In this document: one piece after another, positions 10,193 to 19,514 of the stretch
Layout of the letters: each line of letters opens with the position of its first letter
How positions within the stretch are numbered: position 1 is the stretch's first letter
Source: Dehalococcoidia bacterium
GTDB taxonomy: Bacteria > Chloroflexota > Dehalococcoidia > Plut-88900
Assembly: GCA_965207225.1 (NCBI GenBank)
Contig: CBDBLV010000005.1
Location: 832,001 to 896,000 of the forward strand
Direction: 5' to 3'
Length of the DNA: 64,000 bases
Made by a program: the position numbers and the translations under genes
Notes under the pieces: model-generated
Told to the model about the DNA's origin: nothing
The model's database searches: none
The model's input: the letters and a program-made list of their open reading frames with translations, nothing else

Positions 10193-10675
10193 ATGGGGAT
10201 TAAGATGGTAACTTGGCTAGCAACACCTTGGATAACAGTGGGGATACCTGCGATCATAACAGTGATAATCACGTTTTTTGTGTTCTATCCTCGCCGATAT
10301 GGCGACGACCGGAGAGCTTACGTAATTGTATGGCTTCAAATAGTGATATTGCTTGCTGCGCTAGCGGTTGTCGTACAAGAGTGGGACAAGGGGAAATTAG
10401 CTCCGGAAGAGATAGTAGGAGTGGCTGCTGCATTATGCTTTATGATCCGCGGAAGGTACGCCGCCGCTTGTTTTATGGGCATTGCCGTAGGCCTTGGGGT
10501 GCTGCACAGAATCGGGCTTGCTGATGTCGAGCGCAGTCCAATGATGATCGCAGTTATTGTCATAGTTATCATGATAACAGAGGAGGCGGAAAAGCTATCT
10601 AGCAGAAAACGTAAGATACAAGCCCACGATGGCAACAACGCGTGGGAGCAGTGCAACGTCAAAGTTGATAGATAG
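10193..10675 (+). CDS. Hypothetical membrane protein (lower-GC insert)
   Basis: About 5 hydrophobic segments. Confidence 0.55.
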   Translation: MGIKMVTWLATPWITVGIPAIITVIITFFVFYPRRYGDDRRAYVIVWLQIVILLAALAVVVQEWDKGKLAPEEIVGVAAALCFMIRGRYAAACFMGIAVGLGVLHRIGLADVERSPMMIAVIVIVIMITEEAEKLSSRKRKIQAHDGNNAWEQCNVKVDR

Positions 10676-10876
10676 CCCGCCATTCTCGCCTCGCACTTCT
10701 TCTGCTCGACAAGGTATGGGATCGGGCCTGTGCCACGCGCGTTTCGCCGACGGGAAAACTGCACTAAGGACTAGTGGAAAGGGTGCAGGAGAATCGAGGT
10801 AAAGGCCCCAATCCCACGTTCGGCGTCGCGGACTCCCTGATAAGTCAGGGGAGGGTTTAGGGAAGGGAAGTCGGGT

Positions 10877-11005
10877 CTAACCGCCCGACTTGAAAATGTC
10901 GCCGAGCTTAGACAGGAGAATCAGGACTCCCACGGAGACGAGCAGGGCACCTATACCTACGGCCAAGCCGGAGAATGAGGAGATCAGTTCCGCGGTTTCC
11001 GACAT
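10877..11005 (-). CDS. 42-aa single-TM small protein (unannotated)
   Basis: GGAGG RBS then MSETAELISSFSGLAVGIGALLVSVGVLILLSKLGDIFKSGG*; paralogous to 11122-11268. Confidence 0.75.
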   Translation of the reverse strand: MSETAELISSFSGLAVGIGALLVSVGVLILLSKLGDIFKSGG

Positions 11006-11121
11006 TACACACCTCCCAGGGCAAAGCCCTGATAACTAACACACCCGGACTCGGAAAGGGCAGTGCGAACGTATCACACTCTGGCGCTAAAATCAATAGG
11101 TGGGCCAGTCCGGGAAAGCGG

Positions 11122-11268
11122 TTAGTCGGAGTCGTCTCCGCCGGGCATCGATTCCAAGACTTTCTTAACCTTTAGCACGAGGTAGAGGACCCCTAAGGAT
11201 ACGAGCAGCGCCGCCACCGCAACTGTCAGACCAGAGAATGCCGTAACCAAAAATGCAATATCTTCCAT
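11122..11268 (-). CDS. 48-aa single-TM small protein
   Basis: MEDIAFLVTAFSGLTVAVAALLVSLGVLYLVLKVKKVLESMPGGDDSD; shares FSGL.V...ALLVS.GVL.L..K with the neighbour. Confidence 0.7.
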   Translation of the reverse strand: MEDIAFLVTAFSGLTVAVAALLVSLGVLYLVLKVKKVLESMPGGDDSD

Positions 11269-11382
11269 TCCATAACTCCCGAGGTTGCATCCTCTTATGG
11301 CCGCTTCCGCCACTAACAATGCCCTAAGGACGGGTTTCACTATAACATGTCCGGCAGTCCACGTAACGAGACGCGACCTTGC

Positions 11383-11411
11383 TTGACAAGGTATGGGGTC
11401 GGGCCTATGTT
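11383..11411 (+). promoter_or_regulatory. Sigma70-type promoter of the CoA-transferase gene
   Basis: TTGACA-17 nt-TATGTT, followed by an AGGAGG RBS and ATG 11456. Confidence 0.65.
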
Positions 11412-11455
11412 ACGCGCATTCTCAGAGTGCAGATTTCACAGGAGGTAGTCGGCCA

Positions 11456-12658
11456 ATGATGGCGTTGGAAGGCCTTCGAATAATCGACATGACGATATGG
11501 CAGCACGGGCCGGTCTCGACGGCGATGCTGGCGGATATGGGCGCCGAAGTCATAAAGGTGGAGGAGCGGCGGTCGGGGGATCCGGGAAGGTACCTTGCGA
11601 CGTGGAACTTCGGCAATAACGGAGGCAATGACCTTAACTACTACTTTGAGAACAACAACCGCAACAAAAAGAGCCTGGCGCTAGACCTGAAGACTGCCGA
11701 GGGAAAAGAGATCCTGAAGCGGCTAATCAAGAAGTCGGATGCGTTCGTGTCGAACTTCCGGGAGGCTTCATTAAAGAGGTTGGGGTTCGACTATGAGTCG
11801 GTGCACGAGATGAACCCGAAGCTGGTGTACTCGGCGGGATACGGGTTTGGGCCGAAAGGGCCGGACTCGGCGAGACCTTCGGCGGACCTGGCGGCGCAGG
11901 CCCGGGGTGGGATCATGAGCCAGATCCAGAAATCGGCGCCGATGCAAGTATGGGGCGGGATGGCTGACCAGACGGGGGCGTTCATGCTGTGCCTCGGCAC
12001 GACGATGGGCTTGTTGACAAGGGAGAGGACAGGGATAGGGCAGAAGGTAGAGGAGTCGTTGTTCGGGACGCAGCTGGCGGTAGGTGCGCTAATGGCGCAG
12101 GGGACGCTGTTCTCCGGGCAGGTGCCGGGGGAATACACGCGCCGGGCGCTGAGCCCGTTCTGGAACGTGTACAAGACGAAAGACGAGAAGTGGTTGTGCT
12201 TGTCGGTGCTGGACATGGAGCGGGACTGGGAGGCGACGTGCCGGGCGCTGGACTTGGAGTGGATGATGGAAGACCCGAGGTTTGTGTCGGGGCAGGACAG
12301 GGTGTTCAAGCACAGCGATACCCTGATAGGCATCCTGGAAGAGAGGTTTGCAGAGAAGACGAGGGAGGAGTGGACGAAGATCCTCGACGCTACAGACGTG
12401 CTGTGGGCGCCCGTGCAGAACTACATGGAGGCGCTATCGGACGAGCAGACGATTGCGAACGAGTACGTGGTGGAGATCGACCACCCAAATGCGGGGAAGG
12501 TGAAAATGCTGGGGCTGCCGATCCAGTTCAGCGAGACACCAGGGAAGGTGAGGAGCGGTGCGCCGGAGCTGGGACAGCATACGGAAGAGGTGTTGACGGA
12601 GGTGCTGGGATATTCGTGGGACGAGGTGGTTGGGTTGAAGGACAAGCAGGTTATCTAG
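11456..12658 (+). CDS. CaiB/BaiF family (class III) CoA-transferase
   Basis: LADMGAEVIKVE, GDPGR, NRNKKSLALDLK, SNFR, APELGQHTEEVL. Confidence 0.93.
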   Translation: MMALEGLRIIDMTIWQHGPVSTAMLADMGAEVIKVEERRSGDPGRYLATWNFGNNGGNDLNYYFENNNRNKKSLALDLKTAEGKEILKRLIKKSDAFVSNFREASLKRLGFDYESVHEMNPKLVYSAGYGFGPKGPDSARPSADLAAQARGGIMSQIQKSAPMQVWGGMADQTGAFMLCLGTTMGLLTRERTGIGQKVEESLFGTQLAVGALMAQGTLFSGQVPGEYTRRALSPFWNVYKTKDEKWLCLSVLDMERDWEATCRALDLEWMMEDPRFVSGQDRVFKHSDTLIGILEERFAEKTREEWTKILDATDVLWAPVQNYMEALSDEQTIANEYVVEIDHPNAGKVKMLGLPIQFSETPGKVRSGAPELGQHTEEVLTEVLGYSWDEVVGLKDKQVI

Positions 12659-12750
12659 GGTCGGGAGAGCCGGCATGACCATCCTACCCACCCAGGGCAG
12701 CCACAAGGGTTTGCCTCTACGCGGGAGGGAGGACGTCCCACTCCTAAGAA

Positions 12751-12791
12751 TCACCCTCACCCTAACCCTCTCCACTCAAGGGAGAGGGGAC
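12751..12791. repeat. REP-like palindromic intergenic repeat, copy 2
   Basis: Near-identical to 8728-8768. Confidence 0.85.
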
Positions 12792-12839
12792 CGGACACCT
12801 CGCGAGGCCTCGGAATTGCAGGAATGAGAAGGTTGTTTA

Positions 12840-14042
12840 ATGGTTGACGGTAGCTACAAGTACATTGTGATTGGGAAGGGGATGATTGGGTCGGGGGTGG
12901 CGCGGCATTTGGCGGAGCGGACGGACGGAGTGGCGCTAATAGGGCCGGACGAGCCGCGGGACAAGGCGAGCCACGACGGGGTGTTTGCGGACCACTACGA
13001 TGAGGGTCGGATAACGCGGATCCTGGACCCCCACATTGTCTGGGCTAAGCTGGCGCGGGAGTCGATCAGGCGGTACCGGGAGATGGAGGAACGGTCGGGG
13101 ATTTCGTTTTATCACGAGGTGGGACAGCTATCGGTGGGGCCGATGGACAGGGCAGTGTCGGAATACGTGCCCGACTCCCTCCAGGTGATGGTCGACCTGA
13201 AGGAGCACTTTCAAAAGCTGGAGGCGAAGGAGCTAGCGGCACGGTTTCCAAAGCTGAACTTCGAGCCGCAGTGCACGGGGCTGTACCAGTCCATCGATGC
13301 GGGGCATATCAGCGCGCGGGGGATAGTGGAGGCGGAGGTGGCCCTGGCAAAGATAGATGGGGCGGAAGTCATAAGCGAGGAAGCGGTATCGGTGGAGAGC
13401 GGGTCGGGCGGGGTGGAGGTGAGGACGTCGGGGGGAGGGGTGTACAGGGCCGAGAAGGTGATGGTGGCGACGGGGGCGTTCACGCGGGACTCGGGGCTTG
13501 TGCCGAGGGCGCTGGAGGTGGACGTGCTGGCTGCGAACGTGATTTACATAGAGCTAACGAAATCGGAGGCGGCGGACCTCATAGATTTGCCGAGCATGAT
13601 CTACATGACGGGCCGGGAGAACGACAGCTGCTACATAGTGCCGCCGGTGCAGTACAGGGACGGGAAGTACCGGATGAAGATAGGGGGGTCGGAGGACCAC
13701 GAGAGTCTCGGGAGCATGGAGGAGATAAAGGGGTGGTTCCGGGGGTCGGGGGACCCGGCGGAGCGGGACAGGCTCTGGGCGAAGATCAGGGATGCGATTC
13801 CGTACCTGCAGTCGCTGCCGGACGATAGGGTGACGCTGGATACGTGTGCGGTAAGCAAGACGCCCAGCGGAATGCCGTACATAGACATGGTTGACGACCG
13901 GGTCGGGGTGGCGACGGGGGGGAACGGGCTGGCGGCGAAGTCGGGGGACGAGATTGGCCGGTTGGGGGCGTTGACTTTGCTGGGTGGGGAGTGGGAGTCG
14001 GACTTGGATGCGGGGTTGTTTCGGGTTGGGGTACGGGTGTAA
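12840..14042 (+). CDS. FAD-dependent oxidoreductase (sarcosine oxidase/DAO-like)
   Basis: IVIGKGMIGSG dinucleotide-binding motif, HYDEGRITR, GGNGLAAKSGDEIGRL. Confidence 0.85.
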   Translation: MVDGSYKYIVIGKGMIGSGVARHLAERTDGVALIGPDEPRDKASHDGVFADHYDEGRITRILDPHIVWAKLARESIRRYREMEERSGISFYHEVGQLSVGPMDRAVSEYVPDSLQVMVDLKEHFQKLEAKELAARFPKLNFEPQCTGLYQSIDAGHISARGIVEAEVALAKIDGAEVISEEAVSVESGSGGVEVRTSGGGVYRAEKVMVATGAFTRDSGLVPRALEVDVLAANVIYIELTKSEAADLIDLPSMIYMTGRENDSCYIVPPVQYRDGKYRMKIGGSEDHESLGSMEEIKGWFRGSGDPAERDRLWAKIRDAIPYLQSLPDDRVTLDTCAVSKTPSGMPYIDMVDDRVGVATGGNGLAAKSGDEIGRLGALTLLGGEWESDLDAGLFRVGVRV

Positions 14043-14372
14043 GCGCGTTCCCGCCGATTAACCATACGCGTACCTCCTCCGCTCGACCCTTCGACTCCGC
14101 TCATGGTGAGCAGCCCCGCGCCTCGGGTGAGGGTGATCCCAGGGTGAGGGCTGGGCATCCTGTCCTGTTCCCTCCCTGGGAAAGGCATATCCAAAATGCA
14201 GTGTATTTTTGATATGTCACTTTTTTCTTGGGGGTGAGGACCGCTCACCCACCAGGAGAAAAGCTCCCACTAATCAATCAAATCCATGCCTGAAAATGCA
14301 AAACAATCAAAAGTCGCCCCCCCTGTGCTATAGTCGCCCTGCCCATCAACCGGACGCAAAGCGAATGACTCC

Positions 14373-15002
14373 ATGACCACACCCCTCTCCGTAACCATCT
14401 ACTCCGACTACATATGACCCTGGTGCTACATCACGTCGGTGCGGCTGGACAAGGTCAAATCTGAACTCGGGCCCCGGGTCGACTTCCAATGGAGGAGCTA
14501 CGCCCTCCTCATGGGCCGCGCCGACTCCCGCCTCGTCACCCCCCACAGCCGAACCTCCCGCGCCGCCGCCGCAGAAGCCGAACCCCAAGCCCGCTTCGAG
14601 CCCTGGGCCCCGGACAAGGCCTACATCTCCTCCAGCCTGCCCGCCCTCGAAGCCGCCAAGTGTGCCGCCCTCCAGGGCCCCGACGCCTTCCAGGCCTACC
14701 ACACCGCCCTCTTCCGAGCCATGTTCGTAGACAGCATCGACATCAGCGACTACAACGAGCTAACTTCCCTCGCCGCCCGGGAAGGCCTGGACCCCGACCG
14801 CTTTCGCCGTGACCTCGAAGGTGGACAGCAAAAGGTGACCGTCATTGGAGAGCACCTGGAAATGGTCATGGAGCACGGCGAAGCTCCCTCTGGCCTGCCC
14901 CTCGTCCTCATCCAGGGCCGCGACCCCATTGTCGGCGCCGCCCCCGCCGACCTCTACGTCAGGATACTCGAACGAGCCCTAGCCAGGCAGAAAGCAGGCT
15001 GA
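14373..15002 (+). CDS. DsbA/FrnE-family selenoprotein (UxxC; TGA 14415-14417)
   Basis: ATG 14373 reads MTTPLSVTIYSDYI-TGA-PWCY in frame with ORF 14439..15002; the TGA occupies the first Cys of the CPWC motif. Confidence 0.88.
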
Positions 15003-15008
15003 CCCCCC

Positions 15009-15317
15009 ATGGCAGTGATGAGGCTCACAGCCTTCACCCCCAAACCCGGCAACGAGGAGCGTGTCACAAACCTCCTCGAAGCTCTCGACACCGCCTTCTC
15101 ACTCCAGCAGGGCTACGTCCTCGGCCTCCGCTTTACCGGTCAGGCCGGATCACCGGAGATCGGCCGCATCTTCGTATGGGAGTCCCCCGAACTCGCCGAC
15201 GCCGCAGAGACCTCCCCCGAGGCCTCTCCCCTCTCCCGTCGCATCGAAGCCCTCTCCGAAGACTCGCGACTGGACCGCAGCTTCGACCTCCAGGGATACG
15301 CCTTGCGCCCCGGCTAG
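15009..15317 (+). CDS. Antibiotic biosynthesis monooxygenase-like (dimeric alpha/beta barrel) protein
   Basis: About 100 aa; KPG.EE...VWES pattern. Confidence 0.55.
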   Translation: MAVMRLTAFTPKPGNEERVTNLLEALDTAFSLQQGYVLGLRFTGQAGSPEIGRIFVWESPELADAAETSPEASPLSRRIEALSEDSRLDRSFDLQGYALRPG

Positions 15318-15736
15318 TCAGGCAGAACAGCGATCACGTCGACTTCCAGCAGCAAATCGGGCCTGGCCAGCCCTGCCACCACAATCGAGGTTACCGCCCG
15401 GGGCCTGACCTCGCCCAGCGCCGCCTTCCGGGCCCGGCTCATCCCTGCAAAGTTATCCTGTCCAACCACGAACTGGAAAACCTTCACTATGTCGTCCATG
15501 CTCGCCCCGACGTAGGACAGAATGGTCTCGATGTGTCTCCAGATTGCCAAGCCCTGGGCTTCCACGTCGCTTCCGCCCTCGGCTTCACCGTCAATGCCCC
15601 GCGCTGTCTGCCCCGAGATGTGGATCGTGTTCCCGACCCTTATCGCATGGCTGATCTTCTGGTGCTCCGGGAATGACCAGATTCCCGGCACCTTGTAGCT
15701 GGCCCAATGCTTCTTGCCGGTCTGAGTCATAGTCAT
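15314..15736 (-). CDS. Rid (YjgF/RidA) family protein
   Basis: SHAIRVGNTIHISGQ, DDIVKV, LLEVDVIA. Confidence 0.85.
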   Translation of the reverse strand: MTMTQTGKKHWASYKVPGIWSFPEHQKISHAIRVGNTIHISGQTARGIDGEAEGGSDVEAQGLAIWRHIETILSYVGASMDDIVKVFQFVVGQDNFAGMSRARKAALGEVRPRAVTSIVVAGLARPDLLLEVDVIAVLPD

Positions 15737-16134
15737 TCCGCAATCTCCGCGACAACGTCCACTTCCAGCAGCAGCTCCGGCTTCACCAGCCCCGACACCA
15801 CTATTGCGGTCATGCACCTCAGGGGGTCCTCACCCAGCACCTTCCTCCGCGCCCGGGACATCCCCGCAAAGTTGTCAGCTCCCACCACGAACTGGAACCC
15901 CTTCACAACGTCGTCCATCGAAGCCCCGGCAGCCTCAAGCACCTTCTTGATGTTGCCCCAGATGTAGTCACCCTGAGCCTCAACGTCACCCTCACCCACC
16001 ACGTTCCCATCCGGGTCCAGGGCCACCTGCCCCGAGATGTACACCGTATTCCCAGCCCTTATCGCGTGCGCTATCTTCAGGTTGTCCTTGTACGAAAATA
16101 TGCCGTCAACGTTTATCTCTTCCCAGTGATGCAT
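15733..16134 (-). CDS. Rid (YjgF/RidA) family protein, tandem paralog
   Basis: AIRAGNTVYISGQVA, DDVVK, LLEVDVVA; shares FQFVVG.DNFAGMSRAR with the neighbour. Confidence 0.85.
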   Translation of the reverse strand: MHHWEEINVDGIFSYKDNLKIAHAIRAGNTVYISGQVALDPDGNVVGEGDVEAQGDYIWGNIKKVLEAAGASMDDVVKGFQFVVGADNFAGMSRARRKVLGEDPLRCMTAIVVSGLVKPELLLEVDVVAEIAE

Positions 16135-16310
16135 CGTTATTCCTCTCTGTTTCTCTGTTCCGGGGCCCGCGCCCCGATTTGCCGCATGGGATGATATTCC
16201 CGTCTTCCGTGGGTGTCAAAGCGGCGCATTTTGCCTGCTCCGCTCACCTTTCCAGGCCGCCGCCCAGACAAAACAGACCCTTTCGGCTCATCCTGTCCTC
16301 CCAGCCCCCA

Positions 16311-16766
16311 TTACCCGACAGGGTCGCTAACCGACTGCTCCTTTGCACTGCAACTACTGCATATGCCGAATATCGCGAAATGGTCCAGGTCAGCCTCGAA
16401 TTCGTACTCCTGCTTGAGGGCCACCCGCACCGGCTCCAGGAACCGGTGATGGTCGATGTCCAGGGTTGTCCCGCACTCCCGGCACACTATGTGGTGGTGC
16501 CGCTGGTCCTGTGTCAGCTCGTACTGGTAGGCCCCGCTCCCGAGGTCTATCTCGACCAGCAGCCGCTGGCGCTTTAGCAGTTGGATCGTCCGGTACACCG
16601 TCGCTATGTCTATGAAAGGATAGCTCTTCTTGACCCTTTCGTGGATATTCTCCGCAGTCATGTGCCCCGAGCTCGACGCAATCGCCGAAAGGATCATCAC
16701 CCGTTGAGGCGTCAGCCTGAAACCTGCAGTTCTCAGGGTTTCTAGGAGCTCGTCTGCCTTCGACAA
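16311..16766 (-). CDS. fur: Fur-family transcriptional regulator
   Basis: RLTPQR, ATVYRT, HHHIVCRECG, GICSSC. Confidence 0.9.
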   Translation of the reverse strand: MSKADELLETLRTAGFRLTPQRVMILSAIASSSGHMTAENIHERVKKSYPFIDIATVYRTIQLLKRQRLLVEIDLGSGAYQYELTQDQRHHHIVCRECGTTLDIDHHRFLEPVRVALKQEYEFEADLDHFAIFGICSSCSAKEQSVSDPVG

Positions 16767-16827
16767 TTGTCACACTCCGAGACCTGATCTACAGACACCC
16801 CGCCAATACTGGAGCGCCTTGGGCCCC

Positions 16828-18123
16828 TCACCCGACGGAAACTGAAACGGGCGTCGGCGTACCCTGCAGAGACCACGGCCCCGACTTTTCTATCTTCACG
16901 TTGACCATGCAGCCCGTCAGGTCCTTTTCCTCTACGGGGAAGAAGACCAGCTTGTTCGTGCGTGTGCGCCCCTGCCACTTCCCGCGGTTGCGTCTCTCTA
17001 CCAGCACTTCCTGCTCACTACCAACCAGCGTTTCGTTTATATCCGTAGCTATTCTCTTCTGCACTTCCTCAATCACGTGCAGCCGCCGTATCTTCTCATC
17101 CTGATCGAGGTCGTCGTCGATCTTGCGGAAGGCAATAGTACCGGGCCTCACCGAGTACGGAGCTACGTGCACCTTGTCGAATCGCACTTCCTCCAGAATG
17201 TCCACTGTTCGCTGGAACTGGGCCTGGGTCTCGTTGGCGAATCCCACGATGATGTCTGTGCTCATTGATACGCCCGGGATAGTCTCTCGGATTCGCTCCG
17301 TCAACTCCAGGTACTCCCCCGACGTGTACCCCCGACGCATCACCTCCAGTACATCGTCGTCTCCAGCCTGGATAGGCAGGTTGATGTGCTCACAGACCTT
17401 GGGCAGGGATGCCACCGACTCGATGAGCTTTTGGCTCATGTCGTTGGGATGAGAGGTTAGGAAACGGATCCGCTCTATGCCGTCTATGGGGTCAAGCTCT
17501 GTCAGGAGGTCGGCCAGGTCTGTAGAGTCGGAGAGATCTTGTCCATAGGAGTCGACGTTCTGTCCTAGAAGCGTGACCTCTTTCACACCCTTCTCCGCTA
17601 AAGCCGCAACTTCTTCGAACAGTTCAGGAATGGGCCTGCTGCGCTCCCGCCCCCGGCGATAGGGGATGATGCAGAAAGTGCAGAACTTGTCGCACCCGTG
17701 AATGATCGGTACGTTCACGCTGATCTTCGGGTGTGTGGGTGTCAGTGTTCCCAGGTTGTCAAGGCACGTACCGTCGTCATCCGTCAGGCGGCGAATCAGT
17801 GGGTCGAAACCCTGGGGTCTCATAAAGACATCAACATGAGGAAAGCGCTTTTTGAGCGATTCGTCCCGGGGCCCGACCATGCACCCCATCAGCGCGATGG
17901 TCATGTCCGGGTCCCGACGCTTGAGGGGTTTCAGGGAGTTCAGCCGTCCCGCCACCTTGTCTTCCACGCCCTGCCTGACCACACAGCTGTTCAGCACTAT
18001 TACGTCGGCTTCCTCTATGTCTGGCGAGTGCTTATGCCCCATCTTCTCCAGGGCGCTGGCCAAGCGCTCAGAGTCCGCCTCATTCATCTGGCAGCCTACG
18101 GTCCAAATGTGGTAGCCGGCCAC
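16828..18123 (-). CDS. miaB: tRNA-2-methylthio-N6-dimethylallyladenosine synthase
   Basis: GCQMNEADSE, NSCVVR, radical SAM CDKFCTFC, RIRFLTSHP, TRAM domain. Confidence 0.95.
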   Translation of the reverse strand: MAGYHIWTVGCQMNEADSERLASALEKMGHKHSPDIEEADVIVLNSCVVRQGVEDKVAGRLNSLKPLKRRDPDMTIALMGCMVGPRDESLKKRFPHVDVFMRPQGFDPLIRRLTDDDGTCLDNLGTLTPTHPKISVNVPIIHGCDKFCTFCIIPYRRGRERSRPIPELFEEVAALAEKGVKEVTLLGQNVDSYGQDLSDSTDLADLLTELDPIDGIERIRFLTSHPNDMSQKLIESVASLPKVCEHINLPIQAGDDDVLEVMRRGYTSGEYLELTERIRETIPGVSMSTDIIVGFANETQAQFQRTVDILEEVRFDKVHVAPYSVRPGTIAFRKIDDDLDQDEKIRRLHVIEEVQKRIATDINETLVGSEQEVLVERRNRGKWQGRTRTNKLVFFPVEEKDLTGCMVNVKIEKSGPWSLQGTPTPVSVSVG

Positions 18124-18126
18124 CCG

Positions 18127-18726
18127 TCAGTCCTCCAGCAGGTCTAGGAAAGCATCGAGGCGCAAGGGATTGGAGTAGAACTTGTACAGCCGCATCATGT
18201 CGTTGTAGTTCTCATCCAGGAGTAGCCCGACCTTGCTCGATACACAGTCCTGGATCGTCACCGTATGGAAGTCGTGCTGGTAGGCGTCTATCACAGTTGT
18301 TAGCACGCACGCGTTGGCCGTCACCCCAGACACCACTATCAGCTCCGTCCGCAGCCCGTTTAGCAGGCCGGCCAAATCCGTCTGAAAGAAACAGCTGAAC
18401 CGACGCTTGTCTATAACATAGTCCCCCGCCCCGGGAGTTAGCTCAGGCACTATCTCGACTCCCATAGTCCCCTCCACGCAGTGTACCGGTTCTGAGTCCC
18501 CCTCCCGACCCCTGTCTACTCCGTTCGCCCGGTGCACTTCTCTTGTGAATATCACGGGCGCTCCCCGGGAGCGCATAACGTCGCATAAGCGACGAGTGTT
18601 GTCGATTAGAGAATCGGCGTCGGCGCAGGCGTAAGGAGACCCGGGATCCAGGAAGTCGTGCTGCATATCTATGACGATAAGCGCCGACCTGTCCATCAGA
18701 CCCGGTATTTGTGACGTTTCAAGCAT
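18127..18726 (-). CDS. Isochorismatase/cysteine hydrolase family protein
   Basis: ALIVIDMQHDF, KRRFSCF, GVTANACV catalytic triad motifs. Confidence 0.9.
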   Translation of the reverse strand: MLETSQIPGLMDRSALIVIDMQHDFLDPGSPYACADADSLIDNTRRLCDVMRSRGAPVIFTREVHRANGVDRGREGDSEPVHCVEGTMGVEIVPELTPGAGDYVIDKRRFSCFFQTDLAGLLNGLRTELIVVSGVTANACVLTTVIDAYQHDFHTVTIQDCVSSKVGLLLDENYNDMMRLYKFYSNPLRLDAFLDLLED

Positions 18727-18754
18727 GGCAAAACAGCAATTCAGATTCTTGAAA

Positions 18755-18774
18755 AGTGGCGGAGGGAGTGGGAT
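18755..18774. repeat. att site: 20-bp direct repeat of the tRNA-Ser 3' end
   Basis: AGTGGCGGAGGGAGTGGGAT identical at 48113-48132. Confidence 0.95.
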
Positions 18775-19514
18775 CAGTCTTTAGCTATGAATTTGGGTGA
18801 TTTACCTGTTGATTCCCACATCCTTTACCACGATTGGCGGGACTCAGAAATTGAACTTATTCTAGTGCTTCTATTGTATCCACGTGCCCCGTAATTCGTC
18901 CACTTGCGCTGCCCGCAGGCCTGATACCTTCATTGGCGATGAGTACTTGCCAGCAGGTAGGTCTTCGGGTCGGACTGCTTCGGCAAGACACTCAGGTGGG
19001 CTGGATACGCGCGTCCGAATTCTTGAACCTTCAAGCGTAATTCGAGTTCTGGATTGTGGACCCTCGCATGCTTTACTGCGAGATATTTACTAGGGGATCC
19101 CAGCACAAATGAACCTAAGTTGGCGCAACAGGAGTTAACCTGAACCTTTGTCTGTCGAGCTAGAGGTTCACTTGTTCGTACAGAAGCCCTCAAAACATAG
19201 ACAGACAGCGACTTTCAGTCACTTATCCACGATTTGCAGAAGTTGATTGGGTATAGTCTGACTATCCGCGGCCAGGTCAACTGTAGCGAATGAGACACTA
19301 TGGCCTTGGATGATAGCTGACTTGTTGTAGTTAACTCCTAAAGACGGATACAGCAGGACGCCCGTCGACGAGTGCGCGATCGAGTCGTGAAGTGATTCTT
19401 GGGAGCACGAGTAGGTCTAAAGCTGGTACGAATGCCCACTCTTCAGAGTTTGTATTCCAAACTTGCTGTTATCGATGATCGAAGTGAATTTAGTTTCAAT
19501 GTTGATCGTATTTT

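Noticed and set aside
18880-19500. Short ORFs at the left end of the island
   Set aside because: No motifs or RBS support; treated as non-coding or decayed sequence
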